The position numbers were made by a program, and so were the translations under genes. A stretch of 64,000 nucleotides of DNA from NCBI RefSeq assembly GCF_018977255.1, contig NW_024704742.1:16618001-16682000 (forward strand), given 5' to 3'. This DNA is from Callorhinchus milii. Its lineage: Eukaryota. The notes under the pieces were generated by a model that was given only the letters and a program-made list of their open reading frames with translations, was not told the origin of the DNA and did not search any database. This document shows, piece after piece, positions 35,401 to 49,200 of this stretch (position 1 is the stretch's first letter; each line of letters opens with the position of its first letter).

Positions 35401-35997
35401 CCCAAGTCAGTAAATAAGTGGGAAGAAGCCTTGAATTGCAAACTTAGACCAACCATGGAACAAGTAGATAGCAAAATCATAAATACATGGATCAAAACTT
35501 TACAGCTACTAAATCATTTTTCTATATGTAAGATACGAAACTCAACTTCAAAGGGAATATTTTTCTGTGAAAAGAGATTATTTGAAATAAGTAATATGTG
35601 CATCCTGATCAAGGACTGAATAAAAGGAGAGCTGATCACAAGCTTTCCACTGACAGTTTTCCAAAATCTGATTTTCCTAACTTGCATAAATGCAAGAAGC
35701 AGAAAATAATTCACATCAGCCCCTGAAAGATTACCTTTCGAAATATGACCCATATCATATGGGCATCCCAAGGAAGACAAAATGTTTCTAATAATAAGTT
35801 TCAAGGATACGTGTTTGAGTTTTTATAATTTTTTATATTTTGTAACATGGGGTATAATATTCTTTTTGATCTGTAATCCTTTTGTTATTGCACGAATAAA
35901 GCCTCAAAGTGCATTACAAAGTGTTCTGCAAAGTGGAGCAACTGTGTATTTGTACATTAGAGTACATGGCGATGCAGTAATTTTCAGTAAGTATGTA

Positions 35998-36444
35998 CAA
36001 CAACAACAACAAAATTACATTTGTAAAGCGCCTTTTAAGTCGAGAGGACGTCCCAAGGTGCTGGACAGGCAGAATTTTGGACCTGAGCTGGGGGTCAGGG
36101 TGGGGGAGCGTGGAGGCATGGGGGGAAGCAGGGAGATCAAAAGCACGGTCGAAGAGGAGGGTCTTGAGATGGGTCTTGAAGGTGGCAAGGGAGGGGACAA
36201 GGCGGAGGGACTGCTGGATGGAGTTCCAGAGGGTCGGGGCAGAATGTCGGAAGGCCTGCCCACCAATAGTGGGGGGAGCGAGGCGGGGGATGTGAAGCAG
36301 GCCAGAGCTTACCGAGTGGAGGGAGCAAACAGGATGGTAGTGGGTAAGGAGGTCGGAGAGGTAGTGGGGAGCAAGACCGTGGATGACTTTGAAATTGAGG
36401 ACCAGAATCTTGCACTGTATGCTCTGTGTGATGGGAAGCCAGTC
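35998..36444 (-). mobile_element. L2 LINE 3' part, split by CR1
   Basis: DWLPITQSIQCKILVL...KTLLFDRAF; (GTT)n tail; continues at 38322. Confidence 0.93.
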
Positions 36445-38321
36445 CCACAAAAGGTCGTCCAAATGACGAAGGTAATTGTGTCTAGAATGAAGGAGAAAAA
36501 GGTGTATGACAAATGTCAAGTCCAAGATACAGAAGACAACCAAATAGAATATAGGAAGTACAGAAGAGAACTGAAAAAGGAAATAAGATGGGCAAAAAGA
36601 TTATACGAAAAAAGGTTAGCCGGTAACATTAAAGGGAATCCTAAAATATTTTACAAAAATATCAAGAAAAAAAGGTTAGTCAAAGGTAGGATGTGGCCAA
36701 TTAAGGACCAAGGCGGAAATCTTATTGTGGAGGCAGAAGCATGGCTGATTTACTGAATGAGTACTTTGCATCTGTCTTCACAAAAGAAGTGGATGCACCA
36801 AATGCCGCAGTATGGAGAAGAGGGTAGAGGAAATGGATAGGATAAGTATAAACAGAGAGGAAATACTGAAAAGGTTGACTGGGCTCAAGGTAGATAAGTC
36901 ACCCGGTCCGGACGGGATGCAACCAAGGTTACTATGGGAGGCACAGGTACAAATAGCGGAGGCTTTGGCTACAATTTTTCAATCTTCGTTGGACACAGGG
37001 GTGGTGCCAGAGGACTGGAGAGTGGCCAATGTTACTCCCCTGTACAACAAAGGAACAGAAGAACAAACCTGGAAACTACAGGCCAGTCAGCCTAACATCA
37101 GTAGTGGGGAAACTCCTGGAGACTATAATCCGGGACAGAATAAATCTTCACTTAGAAGAATATGGGTTAATTAGGGACAGCCAACACGAATTTGTTAAAG
37201 GCAAATCTTGTCTAACAAATCTAATAGAATTTTTCAATGAGGTAACGGAGAAGGTGGATGAAAGTAGTGCAGTTGATGTTCTTTATATGGACTCTCAAAA
37301 GGCATTTGACAAAGTGCTACATAAAAGACTTGTAAGAAAAATAGAAGCCCATGGTATAAAAGGGATAGTGGCATCATGGATCCAGAACTGGCTGGAAGAC
37401 AGAAAGCAGAGAGTTGTGGTGAACGGCTGCTTTTTTGACTGGAGGGAAGTGTACAATGGCCTCCCCCAGGGATCGGTATTGGGACCACTGCTCTTCTTAA
37501 TATATATAAATGATCTGGACTTGGGTATAGCAAATACCATTTCCAAGTTTGCAGACGACACAAAGTTAGGTAGGGTAGTAAACAGTGAGAAGGATAGTAG
37601 CCAACTGCAGGAAGACATAGACAGAATGGTAAAATGGGCAGACACACGGCCGATGAAGGTAGATAAAGCGGTAAAAAGGGCATATGGGATACTAGGCTTT
37701 ATAAATAGGGGCATAGAGTACAAGAATCAGGAGGTTATGATTAACCTGTATAAAATACTGGTTAGGCCTCAGTTAGAATACTGCGCCCAGTTCTGGGCAC
37801 CACACTATAGGAAGGATAGTAAGGCATTGGAAAGGGTGCAGAGGAGATTTATGAGGATGGTACCAGGAATGAGGGACCTTGATTATGAGGAAAGGCGAGA
37901 GAGGCTGGGATTATTCTCATTGGAGCAGAGAAGGTTACAAGGAGACCTAATAGAGGTTTTCAAAATCATGAGGGGATTTGATAGATTAGAAAGGGAAAAA
38001 CTGTTTCCACTGGTGGGTTTGTCGGTGACTCAAGGTCACAGATTTAAAATAGTTTCTAAAAGAAGCAGAGGGGAGGTGAGAAGAAATTTTCTCACGCAGC
38101 GAGTTGTTCGAATCTGGAACGCATTGCCTGAGAGGGTGGTTGAGGCCGATTCGATAACAACTTTTAAAAACGCGGTGGATGGGTATTTGAGGAGGACGGG
38201 TTTGCAGGGTTATGGGGAAAGGGCTGGGGAGTGGGATTGACATTACATTGCTCTTTTCAAAGAGCCGGTACAAACTCGATGGGCCAAATGGCCTCTTATT
38301 CTGCTGTACAATTCTATGATT
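36445..38321 (+). mobile_element. 5'-truncated CR1 LINE ORF2 (reverse transcriptase), frameshifted pseudogenic copy
   Basis: KSPGPDG, NYRPVSLTSV, DSQKAFDKV, GLPQGSVLGP, FADDTK, C-terminus and ATTCTATGATT tail; TSD CAGTC at 36440-36444 and 38322-38326. Confidence 0.97.
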
Positions 38322-39620
38322 CAGTCGAGTTGGGCAAGGATGGGGGTGATAGGGTCACGGAGCCTGGTGCGGGAGGACGCGGGCTGCAGAGTTTTGGATG
38401 ATCTGCAGCCTGTGGAGGGAGGAGTTGGGGAGGCCAACAAGCAATGAGTTTGCATAGTCAAGCCTCGATGTAATGAAAGCGTGTATGGTTTCGGCGGCCT
38501 GTGGTATGAGACAGTGGCAGAGCTGGGCGATGTTGCAGAGGTGGGGAAGGCAGAGCGGGTCATGGTGCAGACGTGGGGTAGAAAGGAGAGTTGAGGTTCA
38601 AACAAGACCCTAAGGTTCCGGACTGGCTTAGTAAGGTGGAGTGTGCAACCATGGACGGTGATGCTGTCAGTGCCTGAGGTGAGGAGGCGCTGACAGGAGC
38701 CAATCAGGAGAACCTCGGTCTTGTTGATGTTCAACTGAAGAAAGTTAGTTCTCACCCAGGACTTGATGTCTGACAGACATTCTGTCAGAACAGCAGTGGT
38801 CCTGGAGTCAAGGGTGGAGGCAGAGGTAGAGTTGGGTGTCATCCGCATACATGTGGAAGTTGACCCCATGTCTGTGGATGATATCACAAAGAGGGGGCAT
38901 ATAGATAATGAAGAGCAGGGGACCAAGGACAGAGGCCTGAGAAACGCCGCACGAGACGATCCCGGGGGAGAAGAGAAGCCGTTTGTGGAGATGAAGTGGA
39001 GGCGATGTGAGAGGTACGATCTGAACCAGTCAAGAACAGAGACGTGGAGGTTGAGGTGAGAGGAGAAGTGGTGGATGAGGATAGAGTGGTCGACGGTTTT
39101 GAAGGCAGCAGAGAGGTCAAGGAGGACGAGGAGGCAGAGGCAGCCCTGATTGCAGATGGACAGAATGTCATTTGTCACTTTGACCAGGGCGATTTCTGTG
39201 CTGTGGGCAGAGGGGTTTGAGAAGGGAGTGGTGGGAGAGGAAGGAGCGAAACTGAGAAGCAGCAAATTGTTCCTGGACCTTGGAGAGGAAGGGGAGGTTA
39301 GAAATGAGGCGGTAGTTAGGGAGTAGAGAAGGATCCAAGGAGGGTTTTTTTAAGGATAGGAATGATGACCCTAGTTTTTAATTGGGTGGGAATAGTACCA
39401 GAGGGCAGGGAGAGGTTTACGATGTCAGTGAGTAGATTGGCAAGAAGGTGGAGCTGGGAGGTAAGGAGAGGAGTAGGGATAGGGTTGAGGGAGCAGATGG
39501 TTTGTTTCATATGGATTTTGGTGTTAATGATAGAGGAGGGGGAGACAGGTTCAAAGGTGTGGAGGGAGGGATGGGTAGGGGCTGGGCTACACCATGAAAG
39601 ATGTAGTGCCAACATAACAG
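38322..39620 (-). mobile_element. L2 LINE RT region (5' part of the split copy)
   Basis: ORF 38321-39265 HSTEIALVKVTND, LLDLSAAFKTVDH, NFLQLNINKTE. Confidence 0.93.
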
Positions 39621-40221
39621 GATAGGTAAAACACATCTTGCTGTCTAAAAATTGTTATGATTCCCATCTGCTGACTGATGGAATTAGCAGAAGCTGGTAG
39701 TGACATCTTTATTATTGTGTCGTGTTGCATTTGCTTCTTCATAAAGTAATGTATTTGTCATCATTCTTTAGAAAAGGTCCCATCTGTGCTTTGGGGCATA
39801 TTGCAGCATGGCATATTTGGATTCTTGCCAGGAACCCCTTCCCCTTATTTGGCAACTTACTGCTCCTTGTGTCTGGGCAAATCTATACAAAAATAATAAC
39901 AGTTGGTTGGCGAAACGAACCTGGTCATTGATACCATAAAATCTTGCCAATATACTCTTCCTTGCACCAGCTCTTGCAGTTGACTGCCAATTGTCATTCT
40001 TCCATTCATATCCATGTACCGACTTCAAATGATGCCATGGCCGATAGATGACTTTAAAATGTGTAGGCTAATGTTCTTTATCAGTAACTAAATAAAATCA
40101 CTAGCTTTTGTAAGTGCAATCCTTATTTACGGTTATTAATTATCCACTGGGTAAAGAAAACCTTCTTGGTATTCATATTGAAACTGTCCTAAACCTACAA
40201 CATATAAACATCTTGCTTATG

Positions 40222-40500
40222 TGTCAGCCTGGTTCAGTGGTAGTGCTCTCACTTCTGAGTTAGAAGGTTGTGGGTTCAAGTCCCACGTCATAACTTGGAA
40301 TCACATCATCTAACCTGATACCCCCACTCTCCCGGTGTCTTGGCCGACATTCCTCCGTATAATATTAGTAGCTCACTCCATGGGTGTTTGTAGTACCCCC
40401 AAATACACAGTCAATCCACTCTACACTATATCCTGTGAAGCACTTTGAGACCTCTCAATGCCATGATAAGGTGATATATCAAATGCAAGGATTATTATTT
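40222..40500 (+). mobile_element. Older DeuSINE (SacSINE1-like) with internal deletion
   Basis: GGTTCAGTGGTAGTGCTCTCACTTCTGAGTTAGAAGGTTGTGGGTTCAAGTCCCAC head, CCCGGTGTCTTGGCC, SINE tail. Confidence 0.75.
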
Positions 40501-41315
40501 TGATTTATTATGAGCTGCTGATGACAAAACGGACAGTTGCCCAAGTGCAGAATGAGGTAACCTAGTGAGAAAGGAATAAGTCTTTAGAAAAGACTGGGGA
40601 TCAGATGGCTCATAGTAACATAACTGAAACTCTTGATAAATGTAGCCATTAAATTCAGTTTTTTAAAAATCTATTAATCAGTACTTATTTAGTGAAGCTG
40701 AAAACTATTGTGTTGTAAATCATTAAAACCAAGTCAACACATTTTTTTAAAATCTAGACAGAAATGTATACATTTATTTAAATGTAGAGATTGTTTTATA
40801 AAAAAGAATTAAGTGTGATTAAAATTACGCATACTGACACCCATGCTGTGGGTATAAATGAATCATGATGTGTGCCGCATTCTGTATAAGCTATGATACT
40901 CATAGAAAATGCTATGATATTGCGACTGCTAGACTAAACAAGCACTGCAAATTAAAGACAGCAACACCAATTTGCACTTATATTGTGTTTTTCAAAAACA
41001 CCAACTTGAATTTATATAACACCTTTCAAATAGAAGGAGAATGTCTCAAAGTGCTTTACAGAGACATAGTGAGACCCCAGGCGTTTATATACCGTTGACC
41101 GTCATTAAAAAGCGATTGTTGGATCAATAAAATACAACCCTGTGCTTTAGCAAAGTGCAATAGTTTGTTTCAATGCACATGCATGGGGCCAGCTGTCTTG
41201 CTCAGTATGGGCAGTTCCCTTGATAAAATACATTAGCCAACTTCTGAGTCATTGGGTCACCATGAATGTTACTTCCCGTTTGCTGTGTATGTGCAAAACA
41301 AAAAGTGACCTGATG

Positions 41316-41677
41316 ATAATAATAATAATCCTTGCATTTGATATAGAGCTTTATCATGTCTTCGAGACATCTCAAAGCGCTTACAGAATATGCTGTAAGT
41401 GAATTGACTGCATATTTTGTGGACAAAAAGTGGCAGCCAATTGCGCACATCAGTGTCCCACAAGTAGTCGTGGATTGATTGACCACTTTATTTATTTTTT
41501 TGAAGGAATTATTAACCCCAGAAAAATGATTCGCCAATCGACTAACAACAGGTTCCTACGTGCTGCTAAGTAAACAGAGGTGCGTGAAGTAAGGAAACTT
41601 GTCCAACGTTTCGCCCTGCCTGGGAATTGAACCCAGGTCTCTCACTTGCAAAGCAAGTGCTCTAACCACTGAGCTAC
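41316..41677 (-). mobile_element. tRNA-Ala SINE, long subfamily
   Basis: Head plus internal CCTCTGTTTACTTAGCAG...GTTAGTCGATTGGCG segment, body and tail. Confidence 0.92.
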
Positions 41678-43530
41678 CAAGCTAGGCTTCAGGCATTGTT
41701 TGAGTGTAATTGAGTCAGCAAGCTGTGCACATGAGCACTGAATACCATCCAACATTGCAACTGCATTATAACCAAATTTACATCATAAATTTGATTATAA
41801 TGAAGCACATTATAATGGAACTGTACTGTAATGCCTATCATGTAGGAAATATGTCACAAAGTACTTAATTGAAGTATTAAATTATGGGCAATGCACTTTG
41901 TTTCTTGCCTTTTGTCAATCCTTGCTCCCTTGAAAAGTTGGCAACCATACCTGCCCCTCCTGCTGATGAAAATTCCCTTAACATAAACAGCTCTGAACAT
42001 GAACCAGCAATTAATGTTCTTTCTCCGAATTCCTATAGATAGCAGTCCAGGCTTATTCAGTGCATAAAATCTAATTGTTCATGAGATGAAGCTTTTATCA
42101 GTGATTCCAAACTTTATGTCTTTGAAGAATTAAACATGTTCATCTACATATGTATATACAATCTAATTCTAAAGAAAGTATCCTACATTCAGGAAAATCG
42201 GTAGAAATGCTCTGTGCTTCAAAACAGAATGCTGCAGTAGGCAGAACGTTGTCTTATCATCTGCTTGACCTAGGTTAGACTCTAGGCCATTTAAGTGGGA
42301 TAAGCATCTCATGCATGTGATGGTCTTAAGTGAAATTAGTTCAGACAGCTTTGAACTCTTGTTAACCAGAACTTGGAGTACTGGACACATAAAACAATAT
42401 GCTCCAGTCATCTTGATCTCAAATCTATGTTTCCTATCATCCTCCCTCTTCCCCCTCCCTACACAATATTCCTTGTAAAATTCTCAAGGACAAGTCAGGT
42501 AATTTATTAAATCTGATATCAGATTAGTTCCAGTATCTACAATGCATATTTGTGAATGCAGTTTTAGTAAGATGCACATTGTAAATCTTAGAGGAAACTA
42601 CCCATTTTCTGCCCAGTCTCCCAAGACTAGAACAATTATTCCCAGCTATGCCTCCTTGGACAAACATTCACAGCATTTTACTGCTCTTCATAGTGCACAG
42701 AAAGACAAGTTTTCTTCAGTCTGATCCTCAGGAGATTTTAGATGTAGCAACATTTAGCTTGTTCATTCATTTTACATTGGCATGCACTATCAGTCAATAG
42801 TTTTGCTGCTTGCCTTCTGGATCAATCTTATTTCCAAGGGAAGCAACTTTATATTTTATCATCTCCTTGAGGAGAATTATCTTTTTTGCATGAGTGTCTG
42901 CATTTGAAGGCCCAATATCTGAACAAGTGTTGATTGGCAATGAGACAGACAGGGTTATGATGTGGGATAAAGAGAGAGAGAATTGTGGTGCGAAGCTCTC
43001 ATTGGAAAAACAGCAGTGTAAATATCACTCACAATTGGAAAAAGTCTTCAGGACTTACAAAGTCCATGTCCTGCAGGGTACCCTATATAAATTGTGCCGA
43101 CTTCTGAGAATTCAGTTCCAATTCAAAATCTCACTGAAGCCAAGCTTTCACAAGTCTGTGTGACATCCGTGGCGCTCCCTAGAAGAGATGTACTTTACAC
43201 CTTGAGGCACTGTCTCAGTGCATGGTGCCAATTATATTGCCAATATTTTAAATTAGTGCGTTATCAACACAGTCACTTTCAGCATCTTCAACAACTTCTC
43301 AGCTGAGATCCTCTAACTTAGTACAGGGAAAGTATTGAATGGCCATCCTTGTCTATAGGGCTTAGAATTATGCTATTTGTTTCATTTGGTTGAATGTCCA
43401 CCACGATCACTTTAATGAATCAAACTTGTTTAATATGTAACACTGGGATTATTAGGAGGACAATTTTTCACAATTAATCGTTTAATTCTGAGAATTGCAA
43501 TCAATGAATAATATTTGATTAAAAAACCGT

Positions 43531-43873
43531 AGTGGTTAGAGTGCTTGCTTCCCAAGCAATAGGACCCGGGTTCGATTCCCGGTTAGAGTGAAACTTTAGG
43601 CAGCTTTCTTACTTTATACACGCTACCCAGAAGTATGTAGGAATCTGGTTGTCAACTAGTCGATTGGCGGATTGCTTTCAGGGGTAACAATCCCTTCAAA
43701 AAAATAATAATAATAATAATAATTTGGTCACTCAAGCCATGATTGTGGGCTACTACTGAGCGCAATTGGTTGGTGCGTTTCGCTCACAAAATCTTCACTT
43801 TACAAAATATTCTGGGGGCGCTTTGAGACGTCTCAACGATGCGATAAGAGGCTATATCAACTGCAAGGATTAT
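43531..43873 (+). mobile_element. tRNA SINE, long subfamily, diverged
   Basis: AGTGGTTAGAGTGC...GGTTCGATTCCC...AGTCGATTGGCGGATTGC...tail. Confidence 0.85.
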
Positions 43874-44659
43874 GATGTAAAAAGCATTATGTATGAGCAA
43901 GGAATATAAAATATACATTTTATTATACTGTTAGTATATTTTTATTCATAAAATGTGCTTTATAATTTGCTTTGATATATGTAGTGGCGTATATATCATA
44001 ACCAGATCATAACAGATGTTATCGACTTCAGCGAAAATTATCTTATCAACAGATCAACTCATAATATTTAAACGTCAGATTGGTTTTATAGATGACTGTA
44101 TTTCCAAATTATTTTAAAAGGACATATATAATTGTGTTTCTCCCGACTAATCTGTCACTTGTAATCTGTACATTTATAATGTGCAAAGCTGTGGATTCTA
44201 CATCACTCAAGATCAATATTTAAACCAATAATATAATAAATGTATCTTCTGGGTGATAAAAACACTGAACGTAAATACTACAATATTAGAACTCCTGTCT
44301 CGATATGGTTTTTAAAATATATTTGCAATATCACTGTACTCTTAGAATGGAGATTGATTGAATCTGATTTACTTTAAAAGTGCTTTACATCACACAGCAC
44401 ATAAATTCAATGTAATATTAATCATTGCAGAGCACTGTTTTGAATTTATTTTAGGAGGCTCGTGGCGTTTGAGTGAATACTCTATGAAGAAATAAATGTG
44501 GGATAAATGTAGGCTGAACCAATTAAGTAGAGGCTTCACTTTAACTTACAAGCGAGTTTGGCAAGCTCATTGATTCTACCCCATTCTTTCCAATGGTAAT
44601 AAACTTTTTTTGTTGAAAGAGATTTGCCCTGTAATTTTTTTGATGTTTATTTTTCTCCA

Positions 44660-45290
44660 ATTCATGAGGCCAAGAGGGAAGGTGCGTAATCTCTGAAACA
44701 AGTTGACTGCAAGATGACCGATAATGTGGTCAAGGAGGAAGGTCCTGAGCAGACCTTGAAGGAGGTGAGAGAAGATATGAGATATAAGATATAAGAATTC
44801 CAGGATGGAATTCCAGAGAGTGGAGGTAGAAAAGCTGAAAGCCTGACCACTGATGGCGGGTAGGCTAGCGACATGAAGCAGGCCAGTGACTGCCGTTGGT
44901 AGGGTTTAAGAAGTTTGTGGGGATAGAGTGGCATAAGACTTTGAAGGCACTTAAAAGTGAGGATAAGGATCTGGAACTGAATCCTCTGATTGAGGATGAG
45001 GATGGAGGTGATAGGCTCTCAGAGACTAGTGCGGGACATTTATAAATATAAATTCATTAGTATAAATTTACATTGATATAGGGCCTTTCACCATGGGAGG
45101 ATGTGTCCAGATACCTCACTCAGCTGATGGTGCCTGAGCTGGGGGAGGGGGAAGGTGGCCAAAAGCATGGTCAAAAATATAGGCATTAGGACGGGTATTA
45201 AAGGTGGTGAGGGAAGGGGGCAAGCCGATGGGATGGAGTACAGATGGTGGGTGGATAAGGTGGAAGACCTAAAGGAAGCCAGAGTTAGAT
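44660..45290 (-). mobile_element. Two decayed L2 3' fragments
   Basis: GGATGGAATTCCAGAG..AAAGCTGAAAGCCTGACC and GGCCTTTCACCATGGGAGGATG motifs. Confidence 0.6.
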
Positions 45291-45292
45291 TA

Positions 45293-45640
45293 TAAGAACA
45301 GAAGAACAGAAGAATTTGTTAGGTGAAAGAAGACCAAGGTCCATCTAGTTCACCTTCCACCATCCAGACAATTGCTTGACATGTTGTGTCCCAAACTATA
45401 TACTGTACACTGAGATATTATTTTCTAGCAGAAATTTATCCAATTCTTGAAACAGACAATATTTTCTGCTTCCGCTGTCTCCCTACGGAGCCTGTTCCAT
45501 AGGTTTACTACTCGCTCACTGAAGTAGTGTTTCTGCGGATTTGTTCAGAATTTCAATCGCAGGCCTTGTCATCTGGTTCTACTGTTCAGTTCAAGGTAAA
45601 ACAGCTTATCGTGGTCTACATTATCTATTCCCTTTATTAA
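45293..45640 (-). mobile_element. CR1 3' end (second subfamily)
   Basis: Reverse complement of 61420-61760 (CTACTCGCTCACTGAAGTAGTGTTTCTGC). Confidence 0.85.
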
Positions 45641-46718
45641 CTTTATTGGATATTGTTTGAACTTGAGAGAATGTTTAATGGCAATGCCCTACCTTTGTAC
45701 CATATTCCTTAATACCTCTACTGTCAAACTATTTGTTTTGCGGTCTTTCAAACATCCATGAAAGCTCACTTTAATGTTCCAAGGATTGTGATCTGGCTGT
45801 TTGTTTGGCGGGTATGAAAGTTATGGGTGTGACCCTTGCAATGGTCTGATTAATACCCTGAACAATATAGTATATTAATAAGTTGTACTTTTGGGGCCTT
45901 TACATTACTATTCGTGACCAACGTAAAATTAATTTGTTTTATAAATTATAATCTCCAATTCAATGGATGATTAATGTTAAATAGCTATATCAATATATTT
46001 GAGGTATAAAGTTTTCAAGCATGCAAAAATGTATTTTTTAGCAGTCACTGCACATTTAGGGAATGAATATCATTTAACGCGCCAGTAATAATTTATCCTT
46101 CACGCTATCTTCTTTTGGAAATCTTGCAATTCTGCAGACAGAACAGGAGCAAGACAATTGTTCATGATTCATTATGGTTAGATTCCTTCCCCCACTCTTG
46201 CCTCCATCTCATTTCTATCTTCATTATTAAGTTATTGTGCAGTTATAAGAAGCAACGTAATGCTTTTTAAGAAATGTAGTTATCTATATAATGGTGTAAT
46301 AGGGTGCCTCAATGTCTGGTATACTCCCATGTACAAAGATTTATGATTTCAAACTAAATATTGTACAGATATTTCCAGCTACATTAGCTAATGTCCTGGG
46401 AGATGCCACAATAGAATTAAGGCAGTGTAATAATTCATTTTCATTTCTGAAATAAACCCATTTACGTGGCTAGAACCGCAAATAGGAAAAAAATGGCATT
46501 AGAGTACTTGTATTTAGTTTGGTCAGCCTTCATTCTGACATTTTAGTTCCCATCGTCGCTGGTTCCAGCTTTGGAGAAATCACAGAAGCTGAGTTGCTGG
46601 TTTTGGTTTTCTTTCTTGGCCAAGATAAGATAAGATAAGGAGATACAATCCTTCTCCACTTTAATGATACACTACCTACATCCTAAAACTTACCTAAAAC
46701 TATTTCAAGTGACTATTC

Positions 46719-47599
46719 AGCGCCTCCGCACCTCAGGCGCCGACACCATCAGCATCCAAGGCTGCACTCTCCACCTCTCAAAGCCAGTCAGGAACCTCGG
46801 CGTTTTGTTCGACCCTGAGCTGTCCTTTCTCCCTCACATCCGCACCACAACTGGCACCGCCTTCCATCACCTCCGGAACATCGCCAGACTACGCCATTAC
46901 CTCACCCCTCACGCTGCTGAAACCCTGGTTCATGCCTTTGTCACCTCAAGGCTGGACTATGGGAACTCTCTCCTCGCCGGCCTTCCCGCCACCTCCCTCC
47001 ACAAGCTGCAGGTCATTCAGAACTCTGCAGCTCATGTACTGTCCCGCACCAGGCTTCGGGACCACATCACTCCCACCCTCGCTCGCCTCCACTGGCTCCC
47101 CATACCCCAGAGGATCGAATTCAAGATCCTCATCCTCACCTACAAGGCCATTCACGGCCTCGCTCCCTCCTACCTCTCCTACCTACTATCCCCCTACCTA
47201 CCCGCCCGTACCCTCCGTTCCTCCGGCTCCGGTCTGCTCCACGTCCCCCGCCCCAATCGCCCTACCATTGATGGTCGGGCCTTCAGCCTCTCAGCCCCGA
47301 GGCTCTGGAACTCTATCCCCCAGTGCCTTCGCCTTGCTTCCTCCCTTTCCTCCTTCAAGGCCGGTCTCAAAACCTTTCTCTTTGACCGAGCCTTCAGCTC
47401 CCCTCTCGACTCTCTTCCCCCTTCTCGCTCCCTCCCATCCCTCCCCTCACCCTGACCATTTCCCCCCTCCTCGCTCCCTCCCCTCCCCTCACCCTGACCA
47501 TTTCCCCCCTGCTCGGGTCATGACCCAACTGTGCAGCGCCTTGGGACGTCCTCCTGACGTGAAAGGCGCTTTATAAATGGAATCTTGTTGTTGTTGTTG
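46719..47599 (+). mobile_element. Young 5'-truncated L2 LINE with intact ORF2 C-terminus
   Basis: ORF to 47455: VRNLGVLFDPELSF...FVTSRLDYGNSLL...LHWLPIPQRIEFK...KTFLFDRAF; duplicated block in the 3' UTR; (GTT)n tail; TSD-like TATTC. Confidence 0.96.
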
Positions 47600-48939
47600 T
47601 ATTCCACCCCCCCAACCAAGTCTTGGCTGCATTTACATGAGTTCCGAGTTACACCCAACTTCACAGTTAAATAACTTCAGACTTCAGACAGACTTGGACA
47701 TTGCTTTATAGTTCTGATAGGAAAAGAAGCTGTGCCTATTGCCATTTTTACTATCTGTTAGAGAAAACTAACCCTCAATATACAAAAAACTGCTGCAGGT
47801 TAACTGGGTCATTTTAGTCTAATGGTCACTTTGACCATCATAAGCCTATCAAGTTCAAATATTGGGGCAAATTTATATCCAGCTCTATTGATGTAACATG
47901 TTTACTTCCTGAGCGGTATGGTGAGTAACCTAATTACACTCAAAGTGTGTTACTATGTATAATGCCATATTCCAGACAGCAGCAGTGGAGGGACATCAGC
48001 ACATACCAGTTACTCTGATATTCCAGAGGTTCAAATTCAGTGTTGCTTACCAGACTTCCTAGATACTAGCCGTTTAATCGAAGCCCAGTATGAGTCGGCC
48101 CTCACCTGCTGGTTATGTGCTTACCATAAATCAATATTTTAAAAACTGTATGTATTCCAGAGGTAAAAAAAGAAAGATGAGGAGGAATATATTTGCAAAC
48201 CACAGGAATGATAGTCCCACTTATCCCATTGTGTTATTTTAGTTTTGAGAATGCTAGTTACTCAACACTAAAGGGGATTGCTTCCTGCTGGGTTAGCTGT
48301 GGAATGACGCACTTTAGAAGCTTATCAAAGACATTGGACCAGGTCGGCTTGTTATTATCTCACCCAGCCAGGGCAGATAGGATTATAGATCAGAATTGTA
48401 TATAAATAGGAATGTTAGCATACTGATAACCTCAATCATGGGGAAAATGGATATGGTAAAATCTATTTTTATCAAAAATGTTTTTCTCGCTAACGGTTTC
48501 TCGCTAGTAATGTAAATGTGTTATTACACCACACAGAGGGATCACACAGCCATTCAAGGGCAAAATGAAGTCATGGGCCATGGAGGGTAATTGTAGACTT
48601 TTAGACAATGCAAATTTTAACTTCCATCTCATACAATCAGTTAGTTTGGAGGAACAGTAGAATACAAATTGCAGATCTTTCATTAAATGCAAAACTGAAA
48701 TGCGAGTTAGGAAAATTGAGGTACAGAAGTGAATAAGACCACGAGATATAGAAAATAAAGTTGTTAAATATGAAGTAAAACTTCTCTAAATCTGTACTAT
48801 GAATGTGTTGACATTCTCAGCTAATGATCTAATGTGGAATTGCACAATTTCTTCTTGTTGGCCTAATCATTGAGGCGCTATCAGACAGTTTGTCATACAA
48901 CAGAAGCAATTGAATTATTCATAATTGAACTGGTGGGAA

Positions 48940-49200
48940 ATTAAGTTAGAGCAGTGTCATTTCACCATGGGACTTGAGTTTGTCCTGAATCAATGCAGAA
49001 AACGTTTTTTGTTTGAACTCCCTGTTGTTTGACTGCAAGGTTTCTAAGTGAAATTAACTGGATATTTTTTAACTGTAGTAGCTTCAATTAGGCATGAAAC
49101 ATTAGCACAAAACTGCACATAATTTGACTAAAATTGGCAGTCTCACTTGGAGATGCCATCACCATTGGCAAGTAAAGGAAACAGAACCATCACAGTAAAT
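48940..49200 (+). mobile_element. Ancient LF-SINE-like relic
   Basis: TTTCACCATGGGAC, CTAAGTGAAATTAACTGG, AGCACAAAACTGCACATAATTTGACTAAAATTGGCAGTCTCA in the same order as at 9820-10050. Confidence 0.45.

Noticed and set aside
35782..36756. 324-aa ORF as a host gene
   Set aside because: Chimera of unique DNA, antisense L2 and the start of the CR1 insert
46664..47455. 263-aa ORF as a functional gene
   Set aside because: L2 ORF2 C-terminus fused to a chance upstream ATG; lacks the RT catalytic core
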